Positions 1-10,185 are shown, counted from the stretch's first letter. The stretch is 64,000 bases of DNA from an uncultured Candidatus Entotheonella sp. (GCA_965215335.1 CBDCDA010000002.1:1120001-1184000), one strand, 5' to 3'. Notes: a model not told the origin generated them from the letters alone. Made by a program: numbers and translations.

Positions 1-311
1 TGCAGGCCGCCCGTCGGGGTCGGGGGCCGTGCCACGCCGTCGCCGCCACCCTGGTCGAGCCGGTGGCAGGTGGCACAGGAAAAGACGTTGTTACGCGACA
101 GGCGCGGGTCGTGAAACAGCTTCTCACCGAGGGCGACCTGCGCGGCATCGAGCTCGGTGGTGAGAGGAATCGGGACGATCGGCTCGCTGTCCCAGGAGCC
201 CGCCGCCGGCAAGGGGGTTTCGGCGTTCGGTGTTGGCGCCGTGCAGGCAAGGTGCAGCGCCATGACGACAAGCATGATTCGCACGACAACTGATTTGCCG
301 CTAGCCCACAC
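1..311 (-). CDS. Di-heme cytochrome c peroxidase/MauG family, 5' part only (runs off window start; not in ORF track)
   Basis: Minus-strand translation: signal-like N-terminus then EPIVPIP...VALGEKLFHDPRLSRNNVFSCATCH, the family N-terminal motif with CxxCH. Start uncertain (GTG 311 or ATG 275). Confidence 0.85.
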   Translation of the reverse strand, partial: MWASGKSVVVRIMLVVMALHLACTAPTPNAETPLPAAGSWDSEPIVPIPLTTELDAAQVALGEKLFHDPRLSRNNVFSCATCHRLDQGGGDGVARPPTPTGGL

Positions 312-357
312 GGTATTCCCAGCCCTTGCGCATCCATGGTGAAACGAGGCGGGCATG

Positions 358-603
358 CTAGGCAAGGGCGGTATGGCTGTCAAGTTTGGTGGCCCAGAGG
401 TGCGGCGTGGTCCCAAAATAGCGCGCCAGCCGCAACGCCGTGTCGGCCGTCACGCTCCGCTGGCCGTGCAGTATCCATGTGATTCGATTTACCGGCACAT
501 CCAGCGCCTTCGACAACGCGCTGGCCGATAGTCCGAGCGCATCTGGCTCCTCGCGCAATATCTCACCTGGACGTACCGGTCTCATCCTGTTTCTCGCGTT
601 CAT
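358..603 (-). CDS. higA: HigA-family addiction module antitoxin, C-terminus apparently degraded
   Basis: MRPVRPGEILRE...ALDVPVNRIT...TADTALRLARYFGTTP; the usual WLNLQ tail is absent. Confidence 0.8.
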   Translation of the reverse strand: MNARNRMRPVRPGEILREEPDALGLSASALSKALDVPVNRITWILHGQRSVTADTALRLARYFGTTPHLWATKLDSHTALA

Positions 604-615
604 GCCTCCAGTCCC

Positions 616-680
616 TCAGTGATAGCCCACAATCTCCACGTCGCACGGTCCATCGTCTGTCCAGGCACGCAAATCCGGAT
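616..680 (-). pseudogene. higB: C-terminal remnant of HigB (RelE-like) toxin
   Basis: RIC, frameshift, then WTDDGPCDVEIVGYH* directly upstream of higA; no N-terminal part present. Confidence 0.7.
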
Positions 681-688
681 CCAGGACA

Positions 689-1504
689 CTACACGGCGAC
701 GGGGAATTTGATGAAGGCGTGGCAGCGGTAGTCCAGCAGGGTGAAGTCCTCGAAGCGCAGGTCGAAGAAGGGCTTGCGGCGGATGTGGACGCGGGGCGGG
801 GGAAACGGCTCGCGCCCCAGTTGGGTGCGGAGGCCGTCCACGTGATCGAGGTAGACGTGGGCGTCGCCGAGGGTGTGGATGAAGACGCCCGGTTGCAGGT
901 CGCATTCCTGCGCCACCATCATGAGGAGCAGGGCGTAGCTGGCGATGTTGAACGGCACGCCGACCGCCAGGTCGGCCGAGCGCTGATACACCTGCAGATC
1001 GAGTCGGCCGTCGACGACGTAGAGCTGCATCAACAGATGACACGGCGGCAGGGCCATGTCGGGCAGGTCGGCGACGTTCCAGGCGCTCACGACGATGCGT
1101 CGGGAGTACGGGTCGCTCTTGATGGTGTCGATCGCCTGGCGGACTTGATCGACGTGGCTCTCCGTGAGTTCACCGGTCTCCTCGTCGCGCGCGTAGCGCG
1201 GCCACTTGCGCCACTGGTATCCGTAGATGGGGCCTAATTCCCCGTCATCGTTCGCCCACGGGTTCCAGATAGGCGTATGGGCCGCCAGACCGTCGTGGAT
1301 GTTGGTGGAGCCGCGCAAGAACCACAGAAGCTCCCGCAGCACGGCGTCAAACAGCACCTTCTTGGTGGTGACGAGCGGGAAGCCTTGCCGCAAGTCGTAG
1401 CGCGTCTGCAGCCCGAACAGGGACAGCGCCTTCATCTCCGTGCGGTTGGTTCGTTCTACGCCGTTGTCCAGGACGTTGCGGACAAGTTCCAGATAGGCTT
1501 TCAC
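689..1504 (-). CDS. thyA: Thymidylate synthase
   Basis: [45 protein letters not shown] start with GGAG RBS. Confidence 0.97.
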   Translation of the reverse strand: MKAYLELVRNVLDNGVERTNRTEMKALSLFGLQTRYDLRQGFPLVTTKKVLFDAVLRELLWFLRGSTNIHDGLAAHTPIWNPWANDDGELGPIYGYQWRKWPRYARDEETGELTESHVDQVRQAIDTIKSDPYSRRIVVSAWNVADLPDMALPPCHLLMQLYVVDGRLDLQVYQRSADLAVGVPFNIASYALLLMMVAQECDLQPGVFIHTLGDAHVYLDHVDGLRTQLGREPFPPPRVHIRRKPFFDLRFEDFTLLDYRCHAFIKFPVAV

Positions 1505-1693
1505 GCCATCTCTCCGGTCACCGTCAGCACGTCCCGAAACATGGTATACTCCTCGCCACTCACGCGCGAGAACAGAATCGGCGCATTTTTCCACACCTCC
1601 TGCGCCCCGTCAATACGGGTTCCCTGTGTTCGCCTCACGTACCCAGTCGCCCACTCTTAACGGCCCAAATCGAAATATACGGGGAGTCTTGTC

Positions 1694-2728
1694 ATGACAT
1701 CACGCCTGTTTGTCGTTCCCGCCCGCTGGCTGGCCTTGCTGCCTTGTACCATGCTGCTCATGCCGTCTGGCCTGCCAGCCTTGGCCGCCGACCTGCCCGA
1801 AGTGGTCGCGACGGTGCATGATCGGTCCATTTCCGCGGCAGAACTGAACGCCTCCATGCGTGGCCAGCTCCTGCAGATGGACATGGAGCGCTACGAGGCC
1901 ATGAAGGCCCAGCTCGATACCCTCGTCGCCGAGCGTCTCATCGCCCTGGAAGCGGCGGCGCGCGGCATGAGCGCGGAGGAATTCGCGCGTGTCGAGGTTT
2001 TCGCCAAAATGGAGCCCGTGACCCCCGATCAGGTCAGGAGCTTCTACGACGACAACAAGGAGCGGTTGCCGCGCTCGTTCGAGGAACTCGAAGGACGCAT
2101 CACGGTGCATCTGCAGCGGCAGTCGGAGTCGCGGCGTCGCGAGGCATTGGCGCGCGAGTTGCGGCAACGCTATCCAGTGCGTATCGCCCTGGCGCCCCCT
2201 CGTGTCGACGTCGGCGCCGATGACGATCCGTTCATGGGGCCGCAGGACGCACCCGTAACCCTCGTCGAGTTTTCCGATTTCCAATGCCCCTATTGCCGTC
2301 GCGTGCAATCCGTGCTGAAGCGGCTCATGACCGCCTACCACGGCCAGTTGAAACTCGTCTTCCGTGATTTTCCGCTACGGCAGATTCATCCAGAGGCGCA
2401 GAAAGCCGCCGAAGCCGCGCAATGCGCCAACGATCAGGGGCAGTTCTGGCAATATCACGACCGCCTGTTCGCCGCCACCGAGTTGGGGGTCGAGCATCTC
2501 AAGCAATACGCCGTGGAACTGGGCCTCGACGCCGAGGGCTTCAACGCCTGCCTGGATTCCGAGAAATATCGCCAGGAGGTGCAGGACGACATCGATGACG
2601 CGCGCGCCGTCGGGGTGAACGCCACGCCATCGTTTTTCGTCAACGGCCTGCCGATCAACGGTGCCGTACCCTTCGAGCGCTTCGTGGAAATGGTCGAGCT
2701 GGCGCTGGAGCGCGCCGACGGACAATAA
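1694..2728 (+). CDS. Exported DsbA-family thioredoxin-domain protein with SurA-like N-terminal region
   Basis: Signal-like N-terminus; EFSDFQCPYC; cis-Pro loop ATPSFFVNG. Confidence 0.9.
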   Translation: MTSRLFVVPARWLALLPCTMLLMPSGLPALAADLPEVVATVHDRSISAAELNASMRGQLLQMDMERYEAMKAQLDTLVAERLIALEAAARGMSAEEFARVEVFAKMEPVTPDQVRSFYDDNKERLPRSFEELEGRITVHLQRQSESRRREALARELRQRYPVRIALAPPRVDVGADDDPFMGPQDAPVTLVEFSDFQCPYCRRVQSVLKRLMTAYHGQLKLVFRDFPLRQIHPEAQKAAEAAQCANDQGQFWQYHDRLFAATELGVEHLKQYAVELGLDAEGFNACLDSEKYRQEVQDDIDDARAVGVNATPSFFVNGLPINGAVPFERFVEMVELALERADGQ

Positions 2729-2769
2729 ACGGTCGCGTCAGGGCAAGAAGAGGGTGAAGAGGGTGTAGC

Positions 2770-3603
2770 ATGGAGGTCTCAGAAGCCCGACGCCGCTTTG
2801 CGGCATACATCGAGCGCCCGGCGGCGGACGTTCGCCTGGCCGAAGGGGCGCTTCTCATCGCTCTGGAAGCCTATCCCGACCTCGACGTCGATGCCTGCCT
2901 GCGACGTCTCGACGGCATGGCGGAAACGGTTTCGGCCCGCCTCGGCCTGGAACTCGAACCCCGCCGCATCGTCTCGCACCTCAACGCCTGTCTCTTCAGG
3001 GAACAGGGCTTGCGCGGCAATCGCAGGGATTACTACGACACCCGCAACAGTTTCCTGAACGAGGTGCTGGACCGCAAGGTCGGCATTCCAATTACCCTTT
3101 CCATCGTCTACCTCGACGTCGGCCGTGGCGTCGGCCTGCCGATCAACGGCGTCGGCCTGCCGGGACACTTCATCGTGCAATACGGCGCCCATCCCGAGCC
3201 GTTCTACATTGACCCGTTTCACGGCGGCAAGATCCTTTCGGAGCAGGCCTGCGCCGCCCGCGTGGCGCAAATCTACGGCCGCGCCCTGCCGTGGCGCACG
3301 TCGTACCTCGACGCGGTCGATGACCTGCACATCCTGGCGCGCGTGCTGAACAATCTGAAGGTCATCTACGTGCGCAAGGGCACCCACGAACTGGCTCTCG
3401 GCGTCGTCGAACGCCTCGTCCTCCTGCAGCCCGACGCCCCCTCCGAAATCCGCGACCGCGGCCTGTTGCGCGCTCAGATCGGCCATCTGCACGCGGCCCT
3501 GGAAGACCTGAATACCTACCTGGAAGCCTGCCCCGAGGCGCCCGACGCCCCGGCCATGCGGCGTCACGTCGAGGCGCTGCGGCGGGGTCTGCGCGACGAC
3601 TGA
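2770..3603 (+). CDS. SirB1/transglutaminase-like TPR protein
   Basis: YYDTRNSFLNEVLDRKVGIPITLS, GLPGHF, C-terminal RDRGLL TPR. Confidence 0.9.
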   Translation: MEVSEARRRFAAYIERPAADVRLAEGALLIALEAYPDLDVDACLRRLDGMAETVSARLGLELEPRRIVSHLNACLFREQGLRGNRRDYYDTRNSFLNEVLDRKVGIPITLSIVYLDVGRGVGLPINGVGLPGHFIVQYGAHPEPFYIDPFHGGKILSEQACAARVAQIYGRALPWRTSYLDAVDDLHILARVLNNLKVIYVRKGTHELALGVVERLVLLQPDAPSEIRDRGLLRAQIGHLHAALEDLNTYLEACPEAPDAPAMRRHVEALRRGLRDD

Positions 3604-3739
3604 ACAGCGACGCAAGCGGCCATTTTTCCGCTGCTTTCGCGCCCTTGCGCGGCTATAATGAACCGCGTCTGCATCGTACCGACGGCACTCGCAGGAGGCC
3701 GACAAACACGCGCGGCAGCGCGCCGCAAAGGAGAATTGC

Positions 3740-5182
3740 ATGGCGCTCAGAACGCCACAGGAATATATCGCCAGCCTGCAAGACGGGCGTGTGGTCTACT
3801 ACAGAGGGGAACGGGTGAAGGACGTGACCAGCCACCCCACCCTGAGCGTCGCCGTCAAGCACGCCTGCATCGACTACGAAATGGCCGAGGACCCGACGTA
3901 CCGCGACCTCGCCGTTCTCGACGACCCCCACGGCGAGACCATCAGCCGCTACTACCATTTGCCCCGCAACAGCGACGACCTGCTCAAGCGCAGCAAGCTC
4001 ATCGAGACCGCCACCGCCCTGGGTCGTACCCTGGTGGTGCTCATCAAGGAAATCGGCACCGACGCTCTCTTCGCCCTGCACATGGTGGCGCGCCACCTGG
4101 ACGATACCCTCAAGACCGCTTACCTGCCGCGCGTGCGGGCGTTTTACCGCCATTGCGCCACCCAGGACCTGGCCGTTGCCGTGGCCCAGACCGACGTGAA
4201 AGGCGACCGCTCCCGACCGCCTTCGCAGCAGGCCCATCCCGATTACTACGTGCGCATCGTCGACGAAAGACCGGACGGCATCGTGGTGCGCGGCGCCAAA
4301 ATCCACACCTCGGTGATGACCAACGCCAACGAGGTGATCGTGCTGCCGACGCGCAACATGGCCGAGGCCGACCGCGACTACGCCGTGGCCTTCGCCATCC
4401 CCGCCGCTACCCCTGGGCTGAAGATGATCTGCAGCCCGTACGGCGCGCCGCGGCACGGCAACTTCGATCATCCCATCACCTCGCAGCACAAAATGACCGA
4501 AACGCTGACGGTGTTCGACGACGTGTTCGTGCCGTGCGAACGGGTCTTTCTGCAAAAAGAGTGGCAATACGCCGGTGCGCTGGCCAAGACGTTCGTCGAG
4601 TTCCACCGCTTTACCGCCATTTCCTACAAGCTGCCGCTCACCGACACCCTGGTGGGTGCGGCGCAGTTGATCGCCGACTACAACGGCCTGCTGCGGGCCG
4701 GCCACATCCGCGAGAAGATCACCCGCCTCATCGCCTACACGCAAACCCTGCGCGCCCTCACCACCCAGGCCGCCCTGGCCTGCCGCGTCGCCGAGGAAGG
4801 CATCGCGGTGCCCAGCCCGCTGCTGGTCAACATCGCCAAGCTGCACTTCGCCGAGAATTATCACGCCATGATCGGCGCCCTGCAGGACGTCAGTGGCGGC
4901 ATTCTGGTCACGGCGCCCGGCGAGGCCGACCTGCTGAATCCCGACACCCGCCCCCTCATCGAAAAGTACCTCGGCGGCCGGGAGGGCGTGCCGGCGGCGG
5001 ACCGCCTGCGGGCGCTCAACATGATTTCGGAATTGACCGCGGCGGATTTCGGCGGTTATCAGGCGGTGCTGGCGATTCACGCCGAGGGGTCCATCGAGGC
5101 GGAAAAGATGACCATTCACCGCGAGCATGATTTCCAGGACAGCCTCAAGCTCGCCAAGTACGTGGCCGGTCTCGATACCTGA
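3740..5182 (+). CDS. 4-hydroxyphenylacetate 3-hydroxylase / 4-hydroxybutyryl-CoA dehydratase family flavoprotein
   Basis: EYIASLQDGRVVYYRGERV, QTDVKGDRS, GIVVRGAK, FDDVFVPCERVF; TATAAT at 3654-3659 upstream. Confidence 0.88.
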   Translation: MALRTPQEYIASLQDGRVVYYRGERVKDVTSHPTLSVAVKHACIDYEMAEDPTYRDLAVLDDPHGETISRYYHLPRNSDDLLKRSKLIETATALGRTLVVLIKEIGTDALFALHMVARHLDDTLKTAYLPRVRAFYRHCATQDLAVAVAQTDVKGDRSRPPSQQAHPDYYVRIVDERPDGIVVRGAKIHTSVMTNANEVIVLPTRNMAEADRDYAVAFAIPAATPGLKMICSPYGAPRHGNFDHPITSQHKMTETLTVFDDVFVPCERVFLQKEWQYAGALAKTFVEFHRFTAISYKLPLTDTLVGAAQLIADYNGLLRAGHIREKITRLIAYTQTLRALTTQAALACRVAEEGIAVPSPLLVNIAKLHFAENYHAMIGALQDVSGGILVTAPGEADLLNPDTRPLIEKYLGGREGVPAADRLRALNMISELTAADFGGYQAVLAIHAEGSIEAEKMTIHREHDFQDSLKLAKYVAGLDT

Positions 5183-5223
5183 GGCGCGCCGCGCCCTCGT
5201 CCCAAGCCCAGAAGGGAAACGCC

Positions 5224-5724
5224 ATGCCATTCGATCCAGCGCTGTTCCGTCAGGTGCTCGGCCGCTTCGCAACGGGTGTGACGGTGATTACCACGTGCAA
5301 GGGAGGTTCCAAGCACGGCATGACGGCGAATGCCTTCACGTCCGTATCCCTCGACCCGCCGCTGATCCTCGTGAGCGTCGACAAGAAGGCCGACATGCAC
5401 GGCTGGTTGACGGACTCGGGTGTCTTCTGCGTCAACATCCTGCCGGAGCACCGCCGCGCCTGGTCCGACTGGTGGGCCGGCAAGGCGCCAAAGGATGCCG
5501 ATCAGTTCGCCGCCATACCCCACGGTGTGAAGGAGACTGGAAGCCCGGTGCTGGACGAATGCCTCGGCTTCCTTGATTGCAAGGTCTGGGCGCGATACGA
5601 GGGCGGCGACCACACCCTGTTCCTGGGCGAGGTGCAGGAGGCCGCGGTGAGCGCGGCCGAACCCCTGCGTCCGCTGCTCTTCTTTGCCAGCAAGTACGGC
5701 AAGTTGCAGGCGGAAGAAGGGTAG
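5224..5724 (+). CDS. Flavin reductase (HpaC-like)
   Basis: FRQVLGRFATGVTVIT, SVSLDPPL, GGDHTLFLGEV. Confidence 0.93.
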   Translation: MPFDPALFRQVLGRFATGVTVITTCKGGSKHGMTANAFTSVSLDPPLILVSVDKKADMHGWLTDSGVFCVNILPEHRRAWSDWWAGKAPKDADQFAAIPHGVKETGSPVLDECLGFLDCKVWARYEGGDHTLFLGEVQEAAVSAAEPLRPLLFFASKYGKLQAEEG

Positions 5725-5758
5725 GGTGCCGGGCGCGGCGCGGCGGAACGGGCCGGGT

Positions 5759-6943
5759 ATGTTCGAGCTGACGGAAGCGCAACAGGGGGTGCGGAGCAGT
5801 GTTGGCCGCTTTGCCCGGCGCGAATTGCGCTGGCGGGCCGGCAAACTGGACGCCGCGCCGCCGGGTTCGGTGGACGCGGACCTGCTGGCGCTGTGTTGCG
5901 ACGTCGGCCTGCTGTCGGCGCAATTGCCCGCCGCATACGGCGGTACCATGGATGGCTTCAGCGCCGCTATCGCGTCCGAAGAGCTGGCCTGCTGGGATGC
6001 GGGTACCGCAGCGCTACTGATGGCTAACAGCCAAGCGCAAGCGGCCGTCTCGCTGTCGGGCAACCGCCGCCTCATGGACCTGATGTTCCCCGAAATCATG
6101 GCCGCCGAAACCGCCCGCCAGCCGCTGCTGTGTGCCCTGGCATTGAGCGAGCGGCACCTGGGCAGCGACCTGCAGCATCCCGACGCGCCGGCCACCGGGC
6201 GCATGATGGTGACCGCCAGGCGGCGCGGCGACGGCTATGCACTGTCGGGCCGCAAGTCCTACTGCGCCGCTGGCAACGTCGCCCGCTGGATCGCCGTCTT
6301 CGCCACCCTGAGCGAGGATCGCAGCCCCGCGGGGCTGACCGGTTTCGTCATTCCCACCGATGCGCCGGGTTTCCACGTCAGCGAGGTGCTGCCGACCCTG
6401 GGCCTGCGGGCCTGCCCGCTGGTGGAGTTCTACGTGGAAAACGTCCGGGTGCCGCGCGAGCACCTGCTGACGACCGAGGGCGGCGGGGCCGCCCTGGTGC
6501 GAAAACTGGTCGCCCGCGGTCGCGCGCAGGCCGCCACCGTCGCGCTGGGAATTGCGCGCGGCGCTTACGAATTGGCGCACCGGCACGCGGTCGGGCGTGT
6601 GCAGGGCGGCGGGCCGATCCTGAGCCATCAGATGGTGCAGGGTGCGCTGGCCGACATGGCCATGCGGATCGAGGCGGCGCGTCTGCTGGCTTACAAGGCG
6701 GCGCTGTGCGACCCGCCACAACTGGCCCTGAGTTCCATGTCCAAGGTGTTTGCCAGCGAGGTCGCCGTGCAGGCGGCCGGCGACACCGTGCAATTGCTCG
6801 GCGCCTACGGCACGACGCGCAAGTCGGGGGCCGAGAGGATCTATCGGGACGCCAAAATGACGCAGATTCTCGCCGGCACCAACGACATCTGCCGTCTTGC
6901 GGTGACGGCCCCGCTGCGGCAATCCGCCGGCTGGGCAACGTAG
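5759..6943 (+). CDS. Acyl-CoA dehydrogenase family protein (canonical catalytic Glu absent)
   Basis: ALALSE..GSD, LSGRKSY, LGLRA, SMSKVFASE, YRDAKMTQILAGTNDI. Confidence 0.88.
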   Translation: MFELTEAQQGVRSSVGRFARRELRWRAGKLDAAPPGSVDADLLALCCDVGLLSAQLPAAYGGTMDGFSAAIASEELACWDAGTAALLMANSQAQAAVSLSGNRRLMDLMFPEIMAAETARQPLLCALALSERHLGSDLQHPDAPATGRMMVTARRRGDGYALSGRKSYCAAGNVARWIAVFATLSEDRSPAGLTGFVIPTDAPGFHVSEVLPTLGLRACPLVEFYVENVRVPREHLLTTEGGGAALVRKLVARGRAQAATVALGIARGAYELAHRHAVGRVQGGGPILSHQMVQGALADMAMRIEAARLLAYKAALCDPPQLALSSMSKVFASEVAVQAAGDTVQLLGAYGTTRKSGAERIYRDAKMTQILAGTNDICRLAVTAPLRQSAGWAT

Positions 6944-6957
6944 ATTCGGAGGCGCGC

Positions 6958-7716
6958 GTGGCAAAGACGGCCGGCATCGTGGTGATTGGCAACGAGATTC
7001 TCTCCGGCAAGGTGGTGGACGCCAATTCGCCCTACCTGTGCCGGGAACTGCGCCCGCTGGGGGTGGACGTGCGGCGCGTCGTGGTGCTGCCGGATGCCGT
7101 CGAGGTGATTGCCGAGCACGTCGCAGCGTTCACGCCGGCCTTCGACTACGTGCTGACGACCGGCGGCGTCGGCCCGACGCACGACGACGTCACCATCGAG
7201 GCGGTGGCCCGGGGCTTGGGCCGGCAAGTGGTCATCCAGCCCGATCTATACGCCCTGTTGCAGGAACATTGGACGGAGCGGCCCGCCGCGGTGCGGGACA
7301 AGATGGCGAGCGTGCCGGAGGGCACGCGGTTGCTGATGGAGCCGAGCCTGCCCATCCCGGTCTTGCTGGTCGGCAACGTGTACGTTTTTCCGGGCATCCC
7401 GAAGCTGTTCCGGCGGCTGTTTGACGACATCAAGGAGCGCTTCCGCGAGTCGCCGTATTACGCCCGCCACGTGTACGTGCGGGCCAGGGAGAGCACCTTT
7501 GCCCATCATCTGGAGGTCGTGACGACGGCGTTTCCCGATCTGATGCTGGGCTCCTACCCCGAGGTGGACAACCCGGCGTACCGGGTCGAGCTCACCCTGG
7601 AATCCAAGGACCCGGCCTACCTGAAACGGGCGCACGAGCACCTGCTGGCGCTGCTGCCCGCGGACGTCGTGGCCGACGTGGCGGTGCCCCGGTCGTGCGG
7701 AGGAGATGAGGCGTGA
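6958..7716 (+). CDS. CinA N-terminal-like / molybdopterin-binding domain protein
   Basis: IGNEILSGKVVDAN, TTGGVGPTHDDVT, FPGIP. Confidence 0.88.
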   Translation: MAKTAGIVVIGNEILSGKVVDANSPYLCRELRPLGVDVRRVVVLPDAVEVIAEHVAAFTPAFDYVLTTGGVGPTHDDVTIEAVARGLGRQVVIQPDLYALLQEHWTERPAAVRDKMASVPEGTRLLMEPSLPIPVLLVGNVYVFPGIPKLFRRLFDDIKERFRESPYYARHVYVRARESTFAHHLEVVTTAFPDLMLGSYPEVDNPAYRVELTLESKDPAYLKRAHEHLLALLPADVVADVAVPRSCGGDEA

Positions 7717-8261
7717 AGATCTACACCCGGACGGGTGACGCAGGCGAAACCGGACTGTTCGACGGCACGCGGGTGCCGAAAGACGCTGCACGGGTGTCGG
7801 CCTACGGGGACGTGGACGAACTGAACGCCGTGCTGGGGCTGGCCCTGGCCTTCGTGCGCGAGGACGATGACCTGCGGCCGTGCCTGCTGACCGTCCAGCG
7901 CGACCTGTTCACGGTCGGCGCCCACCTGGCCGATCCGAGCGCGCGGGTCGAGGCCAGGCGCGGCGCCAAGGCCGTCTTTACGGAAGACAGGGTGAGCCAG
8001 CTGGAAGCATGGATCGACCGGTTCGAGGCGCAGTTGCAACCGCTGCGGCAATTCATCCTGCCCGGCGGCTCGAAGGGCGGCGCCACCCTGCACCTCGCCC
8101 GCACCGTCGGGCGCCGGGCCGAGCGGCGCATCGTTGCGTTGTCGCACGAGGTGGAAATCGACCCCCTCATTCTGCAGTATATGAATCGGCTGTCGGACTT
8201 TCTGTTTGTCGCGGCGCGGCTGGAGAACCTGCATCGCCGTCATGAGGAAATTCCCTGGTAA
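7713..8261 (+). CDS. Cob(I)alamin adenosyltransferase (PduO type)
   Basis: KIYTRTGDAGET, YGDVDELN, FILPGG, RRAER, MNRLSDFLF. Confidence 0.95.
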   Translation: MKIYTRTGDAGETGLFDGTRVPKDAARVSAYGDVDELNAVLGLALAFVREDDDLRPCLLTVQRDLFTVGAHLADPSARVEARRGAKAVFTEDRVSQLEAWIDRFEAQLQPLRQFILPGGSKGGATLHLARTVGRRAERRIVALSHEVEIDPLILQYMNRLSDFLFVAARLENLHRRHEEIPW

Positions 8262-8321
8262 TTTCCGCGGCCTCGCCAAGGCCGCATATGGGAAATGGGC
8301 AAGGATTGCCGGGCCGCGAAC

Positions 8322-8349
8322 CCTGGATTCCCGCTTGCGCGGGGATGAC
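8322..8349. repeat. Half copy of CTGGATTCCCGC-N4-GCGGGRATGAC palindromic interspersed repeat
   Basis: CTGGATTCCCGCTTGCGCGGGGATGAC; related to the right arm of the element at 43929-44006. Confidence 0.7.
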
Positions 8350-8394
8350 CGTTCAGGGCATTGCGCGGGCTGTTCTTGCAGGAAGGAGTGCGCA

Positions 8395-8925
8395 TTGATT
8401 CTCAAGGTAGCTCGATTGGGGCACCCGGTGCTGCGACAGGTGGCCGAGCCGGTGCCGCCGGATGAGATCACGTCGCCGGAGGTGCAGCGGTTCATCGACG
8501 ACATGATCGAGACGATGTACGAGTACGACGGTGCCGGGCTGGCCGCCCCGCAGGTGCATGTGTCCAAGCAGGTCGTGGTGATGGAGGTGGCGCGAAACCC
8601 GCGCTACCCGAACGCCCCGGACATTCCGCTGACGGTCTATGTCAACCCGGAAATCACGCCACTGACCGATGAGAAGGTGGAGGACTGGGAGGGCTGCCTG
8701 AGCGTGCCGGGCATGCGCGGACGGGTGCCGCGGCACGCGCGGATTCGCCTGCAGGCGTATGACCGCGAGGGGCAGCGGCTGGACTTCGTGGCCGAAGGGT
8801 TCCACGCCCGCGTGATTCAGCACGAATGCGATCACGTACAGGGCAAGGTATACCTCGACCGCATGACGAGCATGGAATCGCTGACCTTCACGGAAGAATT
8901 CATCAAGTACGGGATGGGCGAGTAG
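8395..8925 (+). CDS. def: Peptide deformylase
   Basis: GAGLAAPQ, EGCLS, QHECDH; TTG start after AAGGAG. Confidence 0.96.
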   Translation: MILKVARLGHPVLRQVAEPVPPDEITSPEVQRFIDDMIETMYEYDGAGLAAPQVHVSKQVVVMEVARNPRYPNAPDIPLTVYVNPEITPLTDEKVEDWEGCLSVPGMRGRVPRHARIRLQAYDREGQRLDFVAEGFHARVIQHECDHVQGKVYLDRMTSMESLTFTEEFIKYGMGE

Positions 8926-9991
8926 GGGTCCTGTCCGGTGGTCGGGCCGGACCGTTGCGCAGTTGGTCGAGGGCCCAGGCAGCGTGTTCGCGGATGAGCG
9001 GTTCCTCGTCCTGCAACAGATCTTCAAGCACGGGGATGAAGTCGGGGTTGCCGGAGTTGCCCATCGCCACGCAGACGTTGCGCAGCAGGCCGCGTCGCCT
9101 GGGACGTTCGAGGGCGGTGCCGCGGAAGCGTTGCCTGAAGGCCTCGGGGGTGAGGCGGGCCAGTTCTTCGAGGTCCGGATGCACGTGCTCCGGGCGAGGT
9201 CGCAGACCGGTTTCGGCGGTGAAATGGCGTTTGCGGTTCCAGGGGCAGACGTCCTGGCAGATGTCGCAGCCCAGCACGTGGTTGCCCAGCGGTGCGCGCA
9301 GGGCCTCGGGAATCGCGGTCTTGAGCTCGATCGTCAGGTAGGAAATGCAGCGCCGCGCGTCGAGGACGTACGGTTCGGGGAACGCCTCGGTGGGGCAGGC
9401 GTCCAGGCAGCGGGTGCAGGTGCCGCAATGGTCGGGCGTCGGGACGTCGATGGCCAGCGGCACCGTCAGGACGAGGACGCCGAGGAGCAGCCAGGAGCCG
9501 AGACGCTTGTTGAGCAGACAGGTGTTCTTGCCGAACCAGCCGAGGCCGGCGTATTTTGCATACACCCGCTCCACCACAGGCCCGGTATCCACGTACAGCT
9601 TGCTGGCTGCCGCCGACGGCAGCAGCGTGGCCGCGAAGTTTCGCAGCCGTTTCAGCTTGTTCTCAAGCACGTCATGGTAATCTTCGCCCCAGGCGTAACG
9701 CGCCACCCAGCCGCGTCTCGAGTCCGCGTGCTCGGTGGAGTAGGGGTAGGGGGTATCGTAATTCTGCCCGCACACCACGACCGACCGTGCACCGGGCAGG
9801 ACCTTCCGCAGGTCGCTGCGGCGCTCCCTGGTGCGGGACAGGTAGTGCATGTCCCCGGCATGGCCCGCCGCCAGCCATTTCTCATAGAAGGCCAATTCCG
9901 GGCCACCCGGCGCCGGCGCCACCCCCACGAGATCGAACCCCAGTTCCAGGGCGTGCTGCTTGATGCGTTGGGTCAGTTCGCGCTGGGACAT
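8903..9991 (-). CDS. queG: Epoxyqueuosine reductase
   Basis: ARYAWGEDYH, VDTGPV, GWFGKN, CGTCTRCLDACPT, RCISYLTIE, GCDICQDVCPWN, C-terminal HEAT repeat. Confidence 0.96.
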   Translation of the reverse strand: MSQRELTQRIKQHALELGFDLVGVAPAPGGPELAFYEKWLAAGHAGDMHYLSRTRERRSDLRKVLPGARSVVVCGQNYDTPYPYSTEHADSRRGWVARYAWGEDYHDVLENKLKRLRNFAATLLPSAAASKLYVDTGPVVERVYAKYAGLGWFGKNTCLLNKRLGSWLLLGVLVLTVPLAIDVPTPDHCGTCTRCLDACPTEAFPEPYVLDARRCISYLTIELKTAIPEALRAPLGNHVLGCDICQDVCPWNRKRHFTAETGLRPRPEHVHPDLEELARLTPEAFRQRFRGTALERPRRRGLLRNVCVAMGNSGNPDFIPVLEDLLQDEEPLIREHAAWALDQLRNGPARPPDRTPTRPSRT

Positions 9992-10028
9992 GTGCCTGCC
10001 GCTCTCGTGACGGGATCCCATTTTGTTC

Positions 10029-10056
10029 TGGACGAATCATCCGGTGGCAGTATAAT
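10029..10056 (+). promoter_or_regulatory. Sigma70-type promoter of tRNA-Asn
   Basis: TGGACG (10029-34), 16 bp, TATAAT (10051-56), 11 bp before the tRNA. Confidence 0.6.
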
Positions 10057-10067
10057 ACACGCGTCAT

Positions 10068-10140
10068 TCCCCGGTAGCTCAGCAGGTAGAGCGGTTGGCT
10101 GTTAACCAATTGGTCGCTGGTTCGAGTCCGGCCCGGGGAG
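10068..10140 (+). tRNA. tRNA-Asn (GTT), CCA not encoded
   Basis: Acceptor TCCCCGG/CCGGGGA, D arm GCTC/GAGC, anticodon arm GTTGG-CTGTTAA-CCAAT, T loop TTCGAGT. Confidence 0.97.
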
Positions 10141-10185
10141 CCTGAAGCCGAGCCGCCCCTTCCGGCGGTTCCTCACCATGACGCG

